Assembly: GCA_943357895.1 (NCBI GenBank)
Contig: CALRGO010000002.1
Location: 25,926 to 89,925 of the forward strand
DNA length: 64,000 nucleotides
Direction: 5' to 3'
From: Parcubacteria group bacterium
GTDB taxonomy: Bacteria; Patescibacteriota; Minisyncoccia; UBA6257; UBA11618
The notes under the pieces are model-generated. The model was not told the DNA's origin. It worked only from the letters and a program-made list of their open reading frames with translations, and did no database searches. Shown here piece after piece: positions 27,202 to 35,768 of this stretch. Within the stretch, counting starts at the first letter, position 1, and every line of letters begins with the position of its first letter. The position numbers were made by a program, and so were the translations under genes.

Positions 27202-28611
27202 TTATTTAAGTAGACGTTCAAAAATTTCCCTAAGGAGGGCGGGGTTGCCGGTGCCTTTCAGTTCTTTCATTGCCTTACCTACTAAAAAGTGCAGGGATTC
27301 TAGTTTTCCTTTTTTGTAGTCTTCGAGTGCTTTGGGGTTTTCTGCGAGGATTTTTTGCGCCGTTTCTTCGAGTCCTGCCGCGTCTGAAACTTGGTGGAGG
27401 TTTTTTTCGGTAACCGTTGCTTCGGCTGTGGCACCGGTTTTTACCATATGTGTTAAGGCGTCTTTCGCGCCGCGACTACCTACTTCGCCTTTCGCTACCA
27501 TCGCTACGAGGGACGCGAAGTTAGCGGGCGTTAGTTTCAGACCCGTAAATTGCATGCCGTCTTTTTTCATCATTCCCCATAAGTCGCTCGTGAAGTAGTT
27601 GAGGAGTAAGGCGTAGTTGGGTGTGGCGTCGAGTTCTTTGAGTTCGCTTGCCGCTTCCTCAAAGAATTCTGCTGCTGCGCGGTCTTCGGTTACCACATAG
27701 GAATCCACCTCCTTCATGCCGTATTCATTAATAAAGCGCGCGCGCTTTTCGTGCGGTAGTTCAGGGATGGCCGCTTTAAGCGCTTCTAAATCGAAGGCGT
27801 CTGCATACATCGGCGGCAAGTCCGGCTCGGGGAAATAGCGGTAGTCGTGCGCATCTTCTTTCGTGCGCTGGCTTACGGTAATCCCCTTTTCCGCGTTCCA
27901 TCCGCGCGTTTCTTGAATTATTTTTTCACCTGAGTCGAGCGCTGCCGCGTGTCGCTTGTATTCGTATTCAATGGCGTCATGAACGGCCTTAAACGAATTG
28001 ATGTTTTTAACTTCAACTTTCGTGCCCATGTTTATAGAGATGTTGGCTTCCAAGCGCATGAGGCCTTTTTCCATATCAGCGTCGGACGTCCCCAAGTAGC
28101 GTAAAATGCGGCGCAGTTCTTCACCGAAGGCCGCAGCTTCTTCTGCTGTCCTAATATCCGGCTCTGTGACTATTTCCATAAGGGGCGCGCCCGCGCGGTT
28201 AAAATTAACGAGCGATTCGTTTCCAGTGTGCGTCAAGCTGCCCGCGTCTTCTTCTAAATGGATGCGCGTGATGCGGATGCCGTTCAAATTGCCACCTAAA
28301 ACGAGTGGTTCGTCGTACTGCGATATTTGGTAGCCCTTGGGTAGGTCGGGATAAAAATAGTTTTTGCGGTCGAACTTCGACCGGCCTTTAGGGAATACCG
28401 TGCCGCCCAAGGCCAAGCCGAGCTGGAGTACCAGTTCAACGGCCTTCTTATTAATGGTTGGCAGCGTGCCGAGGTGGCCCGTACAGACGGGGCAAACATT
28501 AACGTTCGGATGCGTTTCGTCGGGGTCGTTAACGCAGTCGCAGAACATCTTCGTGCGCGTTTTCAGTTCCACGTGGATTTCGAGACCGACGGTAAGTTGG
28601 CGTTCTTCCAT
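27202..28611 (-). CDS. gatB: Asp-tRNA(Asn)/Glu-tRNA(Gln) amidotransferase subunit B
   Basis: GLEIHVELKTRTKMFCDC N-terminus, GatB/YqeY C-terminal domain. Confidence 0.9.
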   Translation of the reverse strand: MEERQLTVGLEIHVELKTRTKMFCDCVNDPDETHPNVNVCPVCTGHLGTLPTINKKAVELVLQLGLALGGTVFPKGRSKFDRKNYFYPDLPKGYQISQYDEPLVLGGNLNGIRITRIHLEEDAGSLTHTGNESLVNFNRAGAPLMEIVTEPDIRTAEEAAAFGEELRRILRYLGTSDADMEKGLMRLEANISINMGTKVEVKNINSFKAVHDAIEYEYKRHAAALDSGEKIIQETRGWNAEKGITVSQRTKEDAHDYRYFPEPDLPPMYADAFDLEALKAAIPELPHEKRARFINEYGMKEVDSYVVTEDRAAAEFFEEAASELKELDATPNYALLLNYFTSDLWGMMKKDGMQFTGLKLTPANFASLVAMVAKGEVGSRGAKDALTHMVKTGATAEATVTEKNLHQVSDAAGLEETAQKILAENPKALEDYKKGKLESLHFLVGKAMKELKGTGNPALLREIFERLLK

Positions 28612-28620
28612 GCGCTGATT

Positions 28621-29976
28621 CTAGCGGAGACTCCCTAAGTATTCAATTACCGCTGCTTTTGTGGCGTCTCCCCACGACCCCTTGGCATACCTCAAAAGCG
28701 CGCTTGCGAGCCTCCATGCTTGCGGTCCTTTTACTGCCTGCACGACCGCTTCCTGCAGTTCCTCCACCGTGCGTTCGGTGGGCGGTCCATATATGCCGGT
28801 TGCGCCAGTCGTCGCTAATGCCCGCGCCTCCGGCCCCGTGTTCCATTTAATGAGAAGTTCTTGGAGCGCGCGCACGTCCTCTCCCGCATCCCCGCGAATG
28901 AGCGGCGTTTTTATCATGGCCGGATCCTTTTGCGTTGCCGGTGCCGGTACCGGCGTTCCGTTCGCACTTCTCCATTCCGCTACGGCGCGTTGCGTTACCG
29001 GCCCGTAATAGCCCGTCGCCCCCGCAGCCGCAAGTTCTCCCGCAGCCGGTCCGCTCGCGGCACGTATCAAGGCGCCTTGGAGTAACTTGACGTTTTTACC
29101 GCGTTTTTCTTTTTGGGCGCGCTGTATAAGCGTTTCAATGTCGGTTTCTTCTGGCGCTCCCCCTGCGGTGCCTGCAGGGGTGGTGGGGGAAGCCGGTTGG
29201 GTTGCGGCCACCTGAATTAGGGGTTGCGCCGAAGAGTTAAGCCGTACTCCGCCGTTGCGTGCCGCAATTACGACGCCGAATGATCCGTTATTGATATCGC
29301 TCGGCACGGGTTGCGTTCCCCATAGGTCGCTGCCGTTGCCGTACGACCTGAATTCGTCTTGTGCGGGCCACGGCTCTTCTTTGGCATATTCCCCGCCAAC
29401 AATTTTTCCACCCACGACAAGGCGCACGGAATAATCTTTTATTGAGTCAGGGCCCTCGGCAGAACGTTTAAGGTCGAGTGTTATGCCCTTTATAGTGCTT
29501 GATTTTGGAATCGCAAAGCCGAAGTTAAGTGCGCGTATATAATACGATGATTCGCCAAACTGCATTTCTGCCGCTGAACGGTTACCGTCTTCGATACCGG
29601 CATTTTCAGGGTAGAGCCAGCCTGTTCCGCCGACGCTCACGTCGTTTGATACCGACCCGAGCGGCTTCGTTTGGATTTTTCCATTATCGTAATGGACGGT
29701 AAGGCGTAGATAGTCGATACGCGCCTTGGTTTTAGGCGAATACGAATAACCTCCGCCACCGCCTCCTCCTCCCCCGCCACCGCCCGAACCGCTGCTCGTG
29801 CCGCCGCTGTCGCCGAAGGCAATGTTGTATGAGAGTGGAAGTGACGAGGAGTTAAGGAACGCGCCACCGCCTACGAATATGAAAAAGAAAAGAATGCCGA
29901 CTGCCGATTTGGCATTTTGGCTTCCTCGCTCGTCCGCGAGCATACGAAAAAATTTCCGCCTGAGCTGTTGCGTCAT
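28621..29976 (-). CDS. secreted/membrane-anchored glycine-rich protein with two putative peptidoglycan-binding domains
   Basis: N-terminal TM; poly-Gly tract (GGGGGGGGGGGG); two GATGYYGP/TGATGIYGP repeats typical of PG_binding_1. Confidence 0.6.
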   Translation of the reverse strand: MTQQLRRKFFRMLADERGSQNAKSAVGILFFFIFVGGGAFLNSSSLPLSYNIAFGDSGGTSSGSGGGGGGGGGGGGYSYSPKTKARIDYLRLTVHYDNGKIQTKPLGSVSNDVSVGGTGWLYPENAGIEDGNRSAAEMQFGESSYYIRALNFGFAIPKSSTIKGITLDLKRSAEGPDSIKDYSVRLVVGGKIVGGEYAKEEPWPAQDEFRSYGNGSDLWGTQPVPSDINNGSFGVVIAARNGGVRLNSSAQPLIQVAATQPASPTTPAGTAGGAPEETDIETLIQRAQKEKRGKNVKLLQGALIRAASGPAAGELAAAGATGYYGPVTQRAVAEWRSANGTPVPAPATQKDPAMIKTPLIRGDAGEDVRALQELLIKWNTGPEARALATTGATGIYGPPTERTVEELQEAVVQAVKGPQAWRLASALLRYAKGSWGDATKAAVIEYLGSLR

Positions 29977-30028
29977 GCGTATGTATAAATACTATCAGGA
30001 GTTACGATGCTTGCGCACTGTTAATAAC

Positions 30029-31462
30029 TTATAATGCGAGGCCTGCGGGCGCGTATTTAAGAACTCGCTCACTTACGCGGGTGAAATAAGGATTATTCTG
30101 AGGGTATATGGGCGTGCTACGGCGAGCGTTATAGATAAGGGACGGAATCGCGAACGATTTCCACGGCTCTTCGTTGAATGACGCAAAAATTACGGGGTGC
30201 CCCGTGTACCCCCCGACGAACCCTCGATATATCGCATTGTTTATGAATATCGGCATGCCCCCGTACTTTCCTTGCAGGGCGGTAAGCTCGGCAAATTCTA
30301 CACGGTTCACGAGAGGTTCCATGCGTGCAGCTTGATACAGGGAATATCCTGCGAGCGCGGCTAGTATGAAAAATAACGCTATTTTTTTGAGGACTGTTTT
30401 TTGGCGGTATTCAAATAGGGAGAGCGCATACCCTGCAAGGACGATGCAGCTTATATCAAATAGCACGATGAACCGGTTGTGGAATACCGCATTGACCGAA
30501 ACGAGGACGAGATTTACAAGCGCGTACCATCCGACAGCCGGCATTGATTTTTTTCCCACGCACCATGCAATACCGAGAAGCGCGAATGGGACATAAAAAA
30601 GCATGAGCGCGTCATGGTAAAAGGAAAATCCAACGAAATGCCCCGCAAGAAGTCCCGATACAGAGGGTGCATACGTTTCTTGTGCGTAATCCGTTGCATA
30701 TGTTGCATAGCCGATTATTTCTTTCGCGTGGAATGCCGTCATGGCGAGTACTGAGATCGCTGCGGCTTTGAACGCATACGCTTTTTTATTATCTGTTATA
30801 CCTGCGGCAATAAAGGTTAGTGCAAGTGGAACCGCCGTAAGGGGGTGGATGATTCCCGCAAGTGCCGCGTATACGAATCCGCGCGTACGGGCTAAGCCGT
30901 AGGCATGGAGAGCGAAGAGCGAAAATGCCATACCTATTTCCATTTTAAGGAAGAACGACCAGTAAAAAAGAAATTGCGGCAGGGAAAGCGCGTAGGCTAT
31001 AAGGCTGGAGAACGCCGCTCGCGCGCCGAAGCGGTCTTTTGCGAGTACATATATCCCTCTGCCGATTACTGCAGTGGTCAGCAAATGGAATGCGATGAGA
31101 ATGGCTTGCGTTCCGATACCTGCGGCGTATAAGGGGAGGCCAGCAAGTGCAAGGGGGTTGCCTGCGCAGGAGGCGAGAGATGCGAAGCAGGTGTTCCATG
31201 CGCCGTAGTACGCCCCTATATCTGCTCCGAGTGCCGACCACCCGTAACGTATGAAGGGTATGAGGCGCGTAGTGGCGAGGATGGTTAGGGGGATAAGAAA
31301 TACGAAGAACGTGGGCTTACTACTTTCTATTTTTTGGGTATCGGCTCCGAGTGTTACGAAGACGCCCACCCCGAGCATGCAATAGAGCAAAAAAATCGGG
31401 ATGGTTGCGTGAAGCGGCGTTGCCAAAAGCACAAGCGCGAGATAGGTTGCTAGTACGTACAT
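30029..31462 (-). CDS. polytopic membrane protein, putative GT-C-type glycosyltransferase/polymerase
   Basis: About 11 predicted TM helices then soluble C-terminal domain; start set at Met 31462 because the longer ORF overlaps the divergent GT2 gene. Confidence 0.5.
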   Translation of the reverse strand: MYVLATYLALVLLATPLHATIPIFLLYCMLGVGVFVTLGADTQKIESSKPTFFVFLIPLTILATTRLIPFIRYGWSALGADIGAYYGAWNTCFASLASCAGNPLALAGLPLYAAGIGTQAILIAFHLLTTAVIGRGIYVLAKDRFGARAAFSSLIAYALSLPQFLFYWSFFLKMEIGMAFSLFALHAYGLARTRGFVYAALAGIIHPLTAVPLALTFIAAGITDNKKAYAFKAAAISVLAMTAFHAKEIIGYATYATDYAQETYAPSVSGLLAGHFVGFSFYHDALMLFYVPFALLGIAWCVGKKSMPAVGWYALVNLVLVSVNAVFHNRFIVLFDISCIVLAGYALSLFEYRQKTVLKKIALFFILAALAGYSLYQAARMEPLVNRVEFAELTALQGKYGGMPIFINNAIYRGFVGGYTGHPVIFASFNEEPWKSFAIPSLIYNARRSTPIYPQNNPYFTRVSERVLKYAPAGLAL

Positions 31463-31477
31463 GTCTGTATCATCGTA

Positions 31478-32149
31478 ATGAAAGGGATTGCTGTTGTCAT
31501 TCCCGCATATAATGAGAGTGCTCGCGTAGTAGCGGTTGCTTTGGGAGCCGCACGGCATGCGGAGTTCGTTATTGTGGTGGACGATGGGTCGCGCGACGGT
31601 ACATGGAAGGCGCTCGCGGATCTTCCTCGGCCCGTCTATGTTCTCCGGCACCGTGTGAATATGGGTAAGGGGGCAGCGCTTATGACGGGGTGTGCGGCGG
31701 CACTTCGCCTCGGGGCGGAAATTCTAGTCACAATGGACGCAGATGGTCAGCACCCCCCGGAATATATTCCCCGAATCATACGCCATATGCGCGAAAAAAA
31801 TCTTGATTTCGTTTTTACGGAGCGCATGGCGGGAAACCAAATGCCCTTCGTGCGGCGCGCGGGTAATTATGTGATCAATAAGACGGCGCTTCATTTATTT
31901 GGTTTGCGTACGAATGACGTATGGTGCGGATTCCGCGCAGTGCGCGCATCATGCTTACCGCGCGTCATGTGGCGCGCACGTGATTATTCGGGCGAAGTGC
32001 AGATGGCTCTCGCGGTGGGTCGTAGCGGCATGTCATACGGTTCGTATCCTATTCCCACTATTTATGATGCGGGCGCTGCTAAAGGTGTGCATATTTTACA
32101 CGGGCTTAAATTACTTGCGCAGATGGCGGTTTGGCGTTTTTTTAGTTAA
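31478..32149 (+). CDS. glycosyltransferase family 2 (polyprenol-phosphate sugar transferase-like)
   Basis: VVIPAYNE, DDGSRDGT and DADGQH motifs of GT-A fold GT2; 223 aa. Confidence 0.75.
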   Translation: MKGIAVVIPAYNESARVVAVALGAARHAEFVIVVDDGSRDGTWKALADLPRPVYVLRHRVNMGKGAALMTGCAAALRLGAEILVTMDADGQHPPEYIPRIIRHMREKNLDFVFTERMAGNQMPFVRRAGNYVINKTALHLFGLRTNDVWCGFRAVRASCLPRVMWRARDYSGEVQMALAVGRSGMSYGSYPIPTIYDAGAAKGVHILHGLKLLAQMAVWRFFS

Positions 32150-32160
32150 TTATAATTTCC

Positions 32161-33036
32161 ATGTCTGAAAAAATAATTCGGAGGGATCGTTGTCCATTGT
32201 GCGGCTTCAAGGCTAAATCTATTCTTTATGACGCCGATGTTGCTCATCCTTCCGTGGCTCATTTTTTAAAAGATTATTACAAGGGGCGCGTTACTATTGG
32301 GGATCTTAAGGAGTGGCGTTATCAAGTCGCAGAATGTCCATTGTGTGGGTTTATTTGGCAAACATACGTTTTAGGCGATACTTTGGCGCATAAGCTGTAT
32401 TCCGAATGGATATCCCCTTCCGAATCAATGGATAAGAAAAAGGCCGCGGGGATGGCACTTCGTCGCGGTTATGCGGAAGAGGCGGTCGCTATTTCCTTTT
32501 TAATTAAAAAGCCCGCTGAGCAGATTATTGTTTTAGATTATGGTATGGGATGGGGGCAATGGTGTTTTATGATGTGGGCTTTTGGATATAAGATTTTCGG
32601 ATACGAGATCGCGTCCGAGCGCGTATCTTCAGCGCAGGGGGCGGGTATATCCGTTCTCGATGACGACGCTTTTAAAACGATGCACTTCGACTTCGTTAAT
32701 TGCGAGCAGGTTCTCGAGCACGTTTCAAGTCCCCTCGAGACGTTTAAAAAATTAGCCCAATCTTTGAAATGCGGAGGTTACTTACGCGTAGCGGTTCCTA
32801 ACGGCGCCGGCATAAGGCGCGCTATGCAGGATCCTTTTTGGATCCCCGGCAAGAATGCTATACATCCGCTTGAGCATGTCAACTGTTTTACTCGAAAGAC
32901 ATTGGTTAATCTGGGTATTGCCGCTGGTTTGCGGCCACTTAGCCGCTTTGGTCTTTTGCGTGTATTTTTTTCTTCGCCGCGTTTATGTGTGCGGCATATT
33001 TTAGGCGGCACTTCCCTTTATTTCTTAAAAATTTGA
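32161..33036 (+). CDS. class I SAM-dependent methyltransferase with N-terminal zinc ribbon
   Basis: CPLCG...CPLCG pair, motif I VLDYGMGWGQW, motif FDFVNCEQVLEHV. Confidence 0.7.
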   Translation: MSEKIIRRDRCPLCGFKAKSILYDADVAHPSVAHFLKDYYKGRVTIGDLKEWRYQVAECPLCGFIWQTYVLGDTLAHKLYSEWISPSESMDKKKAAGMALRRGYAEEAVAISFLIKKPAEQIIVLDYGMGWGQWCFMMWAFGYKIFGYEIASERVSSAQGAGISVLDDDAFKTMHFDFVNCEQVLEHVSSPLETFKKLAQSLKCGGYLRVAVPNGAGIRRAMQDPFWIPGKNAIHPLEHVNCFTRKTLVNLGIAAGLRPLSRFGLLRVFFSSPRLCVRHILGGTSLYFLKI

Positions 33037-33061
33037 TAATCTTTCATAATCCAAGCAATCT

Positions 33062-33394
33062 ATGGTCGGTATTCAGCTTATATGTATTATCATCGGTCTT
33101 GCGGCAATTCATCTTACGCATTTGTATTATAAGCGTTTTTATTTTTCAAAAAGGGAGTTATTTTTTTGGGTGGGGCTTTGGTGTATTTTTATAGTAGTTG
33201 GGCTTTTTCCGCAGAGTGTTTTGCCGGTGAGTGGTTATTTAGGGCTAACCCGCCCTATGGATTTTATAATGATTCTGGCTTTTGTAGTCCTTTTTTCCCT
33301 TGCTTTTCATAATTATGTTCTTGGTCGTAAGCAGGAGCGCGATTTCGAGCGTTTGGTTCGCGAAATTGCCTTGCGAGATGCGAATTTGAAATAG
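33062..33394 (+). CDS. small membrane protein, DUF2304-like
   Basis: 110 aa, 3-4 TM helices with charged C-terminal tail; this kind of small membrane protein commonly accompanies GT2 genes. Confidence 0.5.
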   Translation: MVGIQLICIIIGLAAIHLTHLYYKRFYFSKRELFFWVGLWCIFIVVGLFPQSVLPVSGYLGLTRPMDFIMILAFVVLFSLAFHNYVLGRKQERDFERLVREIALRDANLK

Positions 33395-33397
33395 AAT

Positions 33398-34555
33398 ATG
33401 CATATCATATTTTTTGCGGCTTTTTACTATCCGTATCGCGGTGGATATGTTGAAAGTATCTATGAGGTTTCGCATGGCCTCGTCCGCCGCGGTTTTACCG
33501 TAACTATAGTCACTTGTAATACCCATGCCATAGCAGAAGAAGAAAACCATGAGGGGGTTCGTGTGGTACGTATTCCTTGCTGGAGCCCCGCATGGCTTCA
33601 TAGCAGCTTTCCTTTGCCGAAGCCATGGGCAATCTTTTCTTTCTTGTGGCGGTTCCGCGGCTGCCGCTTAGACGCCATAATTACGGAAACCCGTTTTTAT
33701 CCCACGACCTTTTTAGGATTCCTTATAGGGTTTTTTCGCAGGATACCGGTTGTGCATGTGGAGCAAGGAAGTTGCCATCCGGCAAGTCATAATTTCCTTA
33801 TCAGATGGATGGGCCTGCTTGTAGACCATACTTTTGGATCCGTTGTTTGTAGGAGTGCCACGGTAACAGTGGGCGTTTCTGCCGAAGCAGCGGCTTTTGC
33901 GCGGCATCTCGGCGCGCGGAATCCATTTGTTATTTATAATCCAGTTGATATAGCGTTTTGGCATTCGCAGTCGCTTGTTTATACGAAAGATGATTTTTTT
34001 CGCATTTTGTTCGTGGGGAGGCTCGTATATGCTAAGGGTGCCCAAGACCTTTTATATTCACTTGTTTCCTTGCGGGCGTCCCTCACGCAAAAAGAATTTA
34101 GTCGGTTGCGCTGCATCGTTATTGGAGATGGTCCATACCGCGCTTCACTCGTACGTCTTATTGAGTCTCTTTCGCTTTCACAGGTAGTTATTTTTTTAGG
34201 TGAATGTGGTCGTGCGGCTATTCGTGAAGAGCTTTGGCAGGCATCCGTTTTCGTTAATCCTTCATATTCCGAAGGCTTGCCAGTATGCGTTTTAGAGGCG
34301 GCGGCATGCGCGGTGCCAATAATTGCGACAGACGTCGGCGGGACGAGGGAGATTATTTCTGCAGGTTGCGGCTTACTCATTTTGCCACGTTCTCCGGATG
34401 CGCTTGCTGGTGGCATTGCTCGTGCTTTGCGCTACCCAGCTGAATTTCGGCGTTATGGTATAGCCGCCCGTGCCCGCTCTGAAGACTTTTTTTCAACTCC
34501 GCACATCGTCGATGCGTATGAGTCGACTCTCCGTTCGGCTACCTGTCATGCGTAA
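33398..34555 (+). CDS. glycosyltransferase family 4
   Basis: GT-B C-terminal motif EGLPVCVLEAAACAVPIIATDVGG. Confidence 0.8.
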   Translation: MHIIFFAAFYYPYRGGYVESIYEVSHGLVRRGFTVTIVTCNTHAIAEEENHEGVRVVRIPCWSPAWLHSSFPLPKPWAIFSFLWRFRGCRLDAIITETRFYPTTFLGFLIGFFRRIPVVHVEQGSCHPASHNFLIRWMGLLVDHTFGSVVCRSATVTVGVSAEAAAFARHLGARNPFVIYNPVDIAFWHSQSLVYTKDDFFRILFVGRLVYAKGAQDLLYSLVSLRASLTQKEFSRLRCIVIGDGPYRASLVRLIESLSLSQVVIFLGECGRAAIREELWQASVFVNPSYSEGLPVCVLEAAACAVPIIATDVGGTREIISAGCGLLILPRSPDALAGGIARALRYPAEFRRYGIAARARSEDFFSTPHIVDAYESTLRSATCHA

Positions 34556-35768
34556 TGTCCTTATTTTTTCCGTTGATTATTTCCCGTACGTCGGAGGCGC
34601 GGAGATTGCGGTGCGTGAGACGTGTAAGCGTATCCCTGACTGCGCATTTACTCTTATAACGTGCCGGAATAGCCGTATTCTTCCGCGACATGAAATTATT
34701 GATGGTGTTTCGGTTTTTCGTGTCGGCATTGGCTTCCGACATATCGATAAATACATCATGCCTTTTACTGCTTTCGTTACCGCGATTCAGTTAAACCGCA
34801 AGCGCCGCTTTTCTATGGCATGGGCAATCATGGCTAATACGGGGGCTATCGCGGCGTTCGTATTCACAAGGCTGTATCCGAATGTTCGTTATCTTTTGAC
34901 TTTGCAAGAAGGCGATTCCGATTCGTATTATCGGAATCGTACGTGGTTTTGGGCTCCTTTGTATCGCGCACTTCATGCGCGCGCTGATCATATGCATGTT
35001 ATTAGTAATCATCTTGCCGCGCGTGCCCGTCGATTCGGCTATCGTGGGTCCGTTTCGGTTATTCCTAACGGCATTGATCCGGCGTTATTCAATATAGACC
35101 CCCTTTCACCCGAATTGATCGCGTGTATAAGAAAGGATATGGGTATTTTACAAGGTGAACAGATTATCATTACCACTTCCCGCTTAGAAGAAAAAAATGG
35201 CATTGATATTTTTTTACGTGCGATTGCTATCGTTACGCGCGATATTACATTACCAATCAAGGCTGTTGTTGCTGGATCGGGTAGCGAAGAAAAACGCCTT
35301 AAGCAGATTGCTGTGGATCTCGGTGTCGCCGATTCGGTTATTTTTTTAGGTTATAGCGTTCATGAAAAGATGCTACGCCTGCTGAAAGCGTCGTCCGTTT
35401 TTGTGCGACCTTCCCGCTCGGAGGGATTGGGTAATAGTTTTCTTGAGGCGATGGCATGCGGCATACCGATTATAGGAACGCCCGTCGGCGGTATACCCGA
35501 TTTTCTTATTGATGGGAAAACGGGCCTTTTTTCTAACCCGGAAGATCCGGCATCTCTTGCCGATGCCATACGACGGATACTTTCTGATGGTCAGCTGCGG
35601 AACGTTTTGGTTACAGGCGGAATTGCCGCGGTGGAAAAAACCTATTTATGGGATTCTATTGCATCAAAAATTTCATCTATGCTCAATCAGACGCTGAAAT
35701 GCCGCGCGCATGACGTTGTATATACCGAGAGCGAAAAAAATAAGCATAAGCAGAACAAAGGGAAGTAA
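34548..35768 (+). CDS. glycosyltransferase family 4
   Basis: Start at Met overlapping previous stop by 8 nt; EGLGNSFLEAMACGIPIIGTPVGG motif. Confidence 0.8.
   Translation: MRNVLIFSVDYFPYVGGAEIAVRETCKRIPDCAFTLITCRNSRILPRHEIIDGVSVFRVGIGFRHIDKYIMPFTAFVTAIQLNRKRRFSMAWAIMANTGAIAAFVFTRLYPNVRYLLTLQEGDSDSYYRNRTWFWAPLYRALHARADHMHVISNHLAARARRFGYRGSVSVIPNGIDPALFNIDPLSPELIACIRKDMGILQGEQIIITTSRLEEKNGIDIFLRAIAIVTRDITLPIKAVVAGSGSEEKRLKQIAVDLGVADSVIFLGYSVHEKMLRLLKASSVFVRPSRSEGLGNSFLEAMACGIPIIGTPVGGIPDFLIDGKTGLFSNPEDPASLADAIRRILSDGQLRNVLVTGGIAAVEKTYLWDSIASKISSMLNQTLKCRAHDVVYTESEKNKHKQNKGK

Noticed and set aside
28643-29085. Several 60-115 aa ORFs on both strands inside the Gly-rich protein gene
   Set aside because: Low-complexity Arg/Ala/Pro-rich translations caused by the GC-rich repetitive region; no independent signals.
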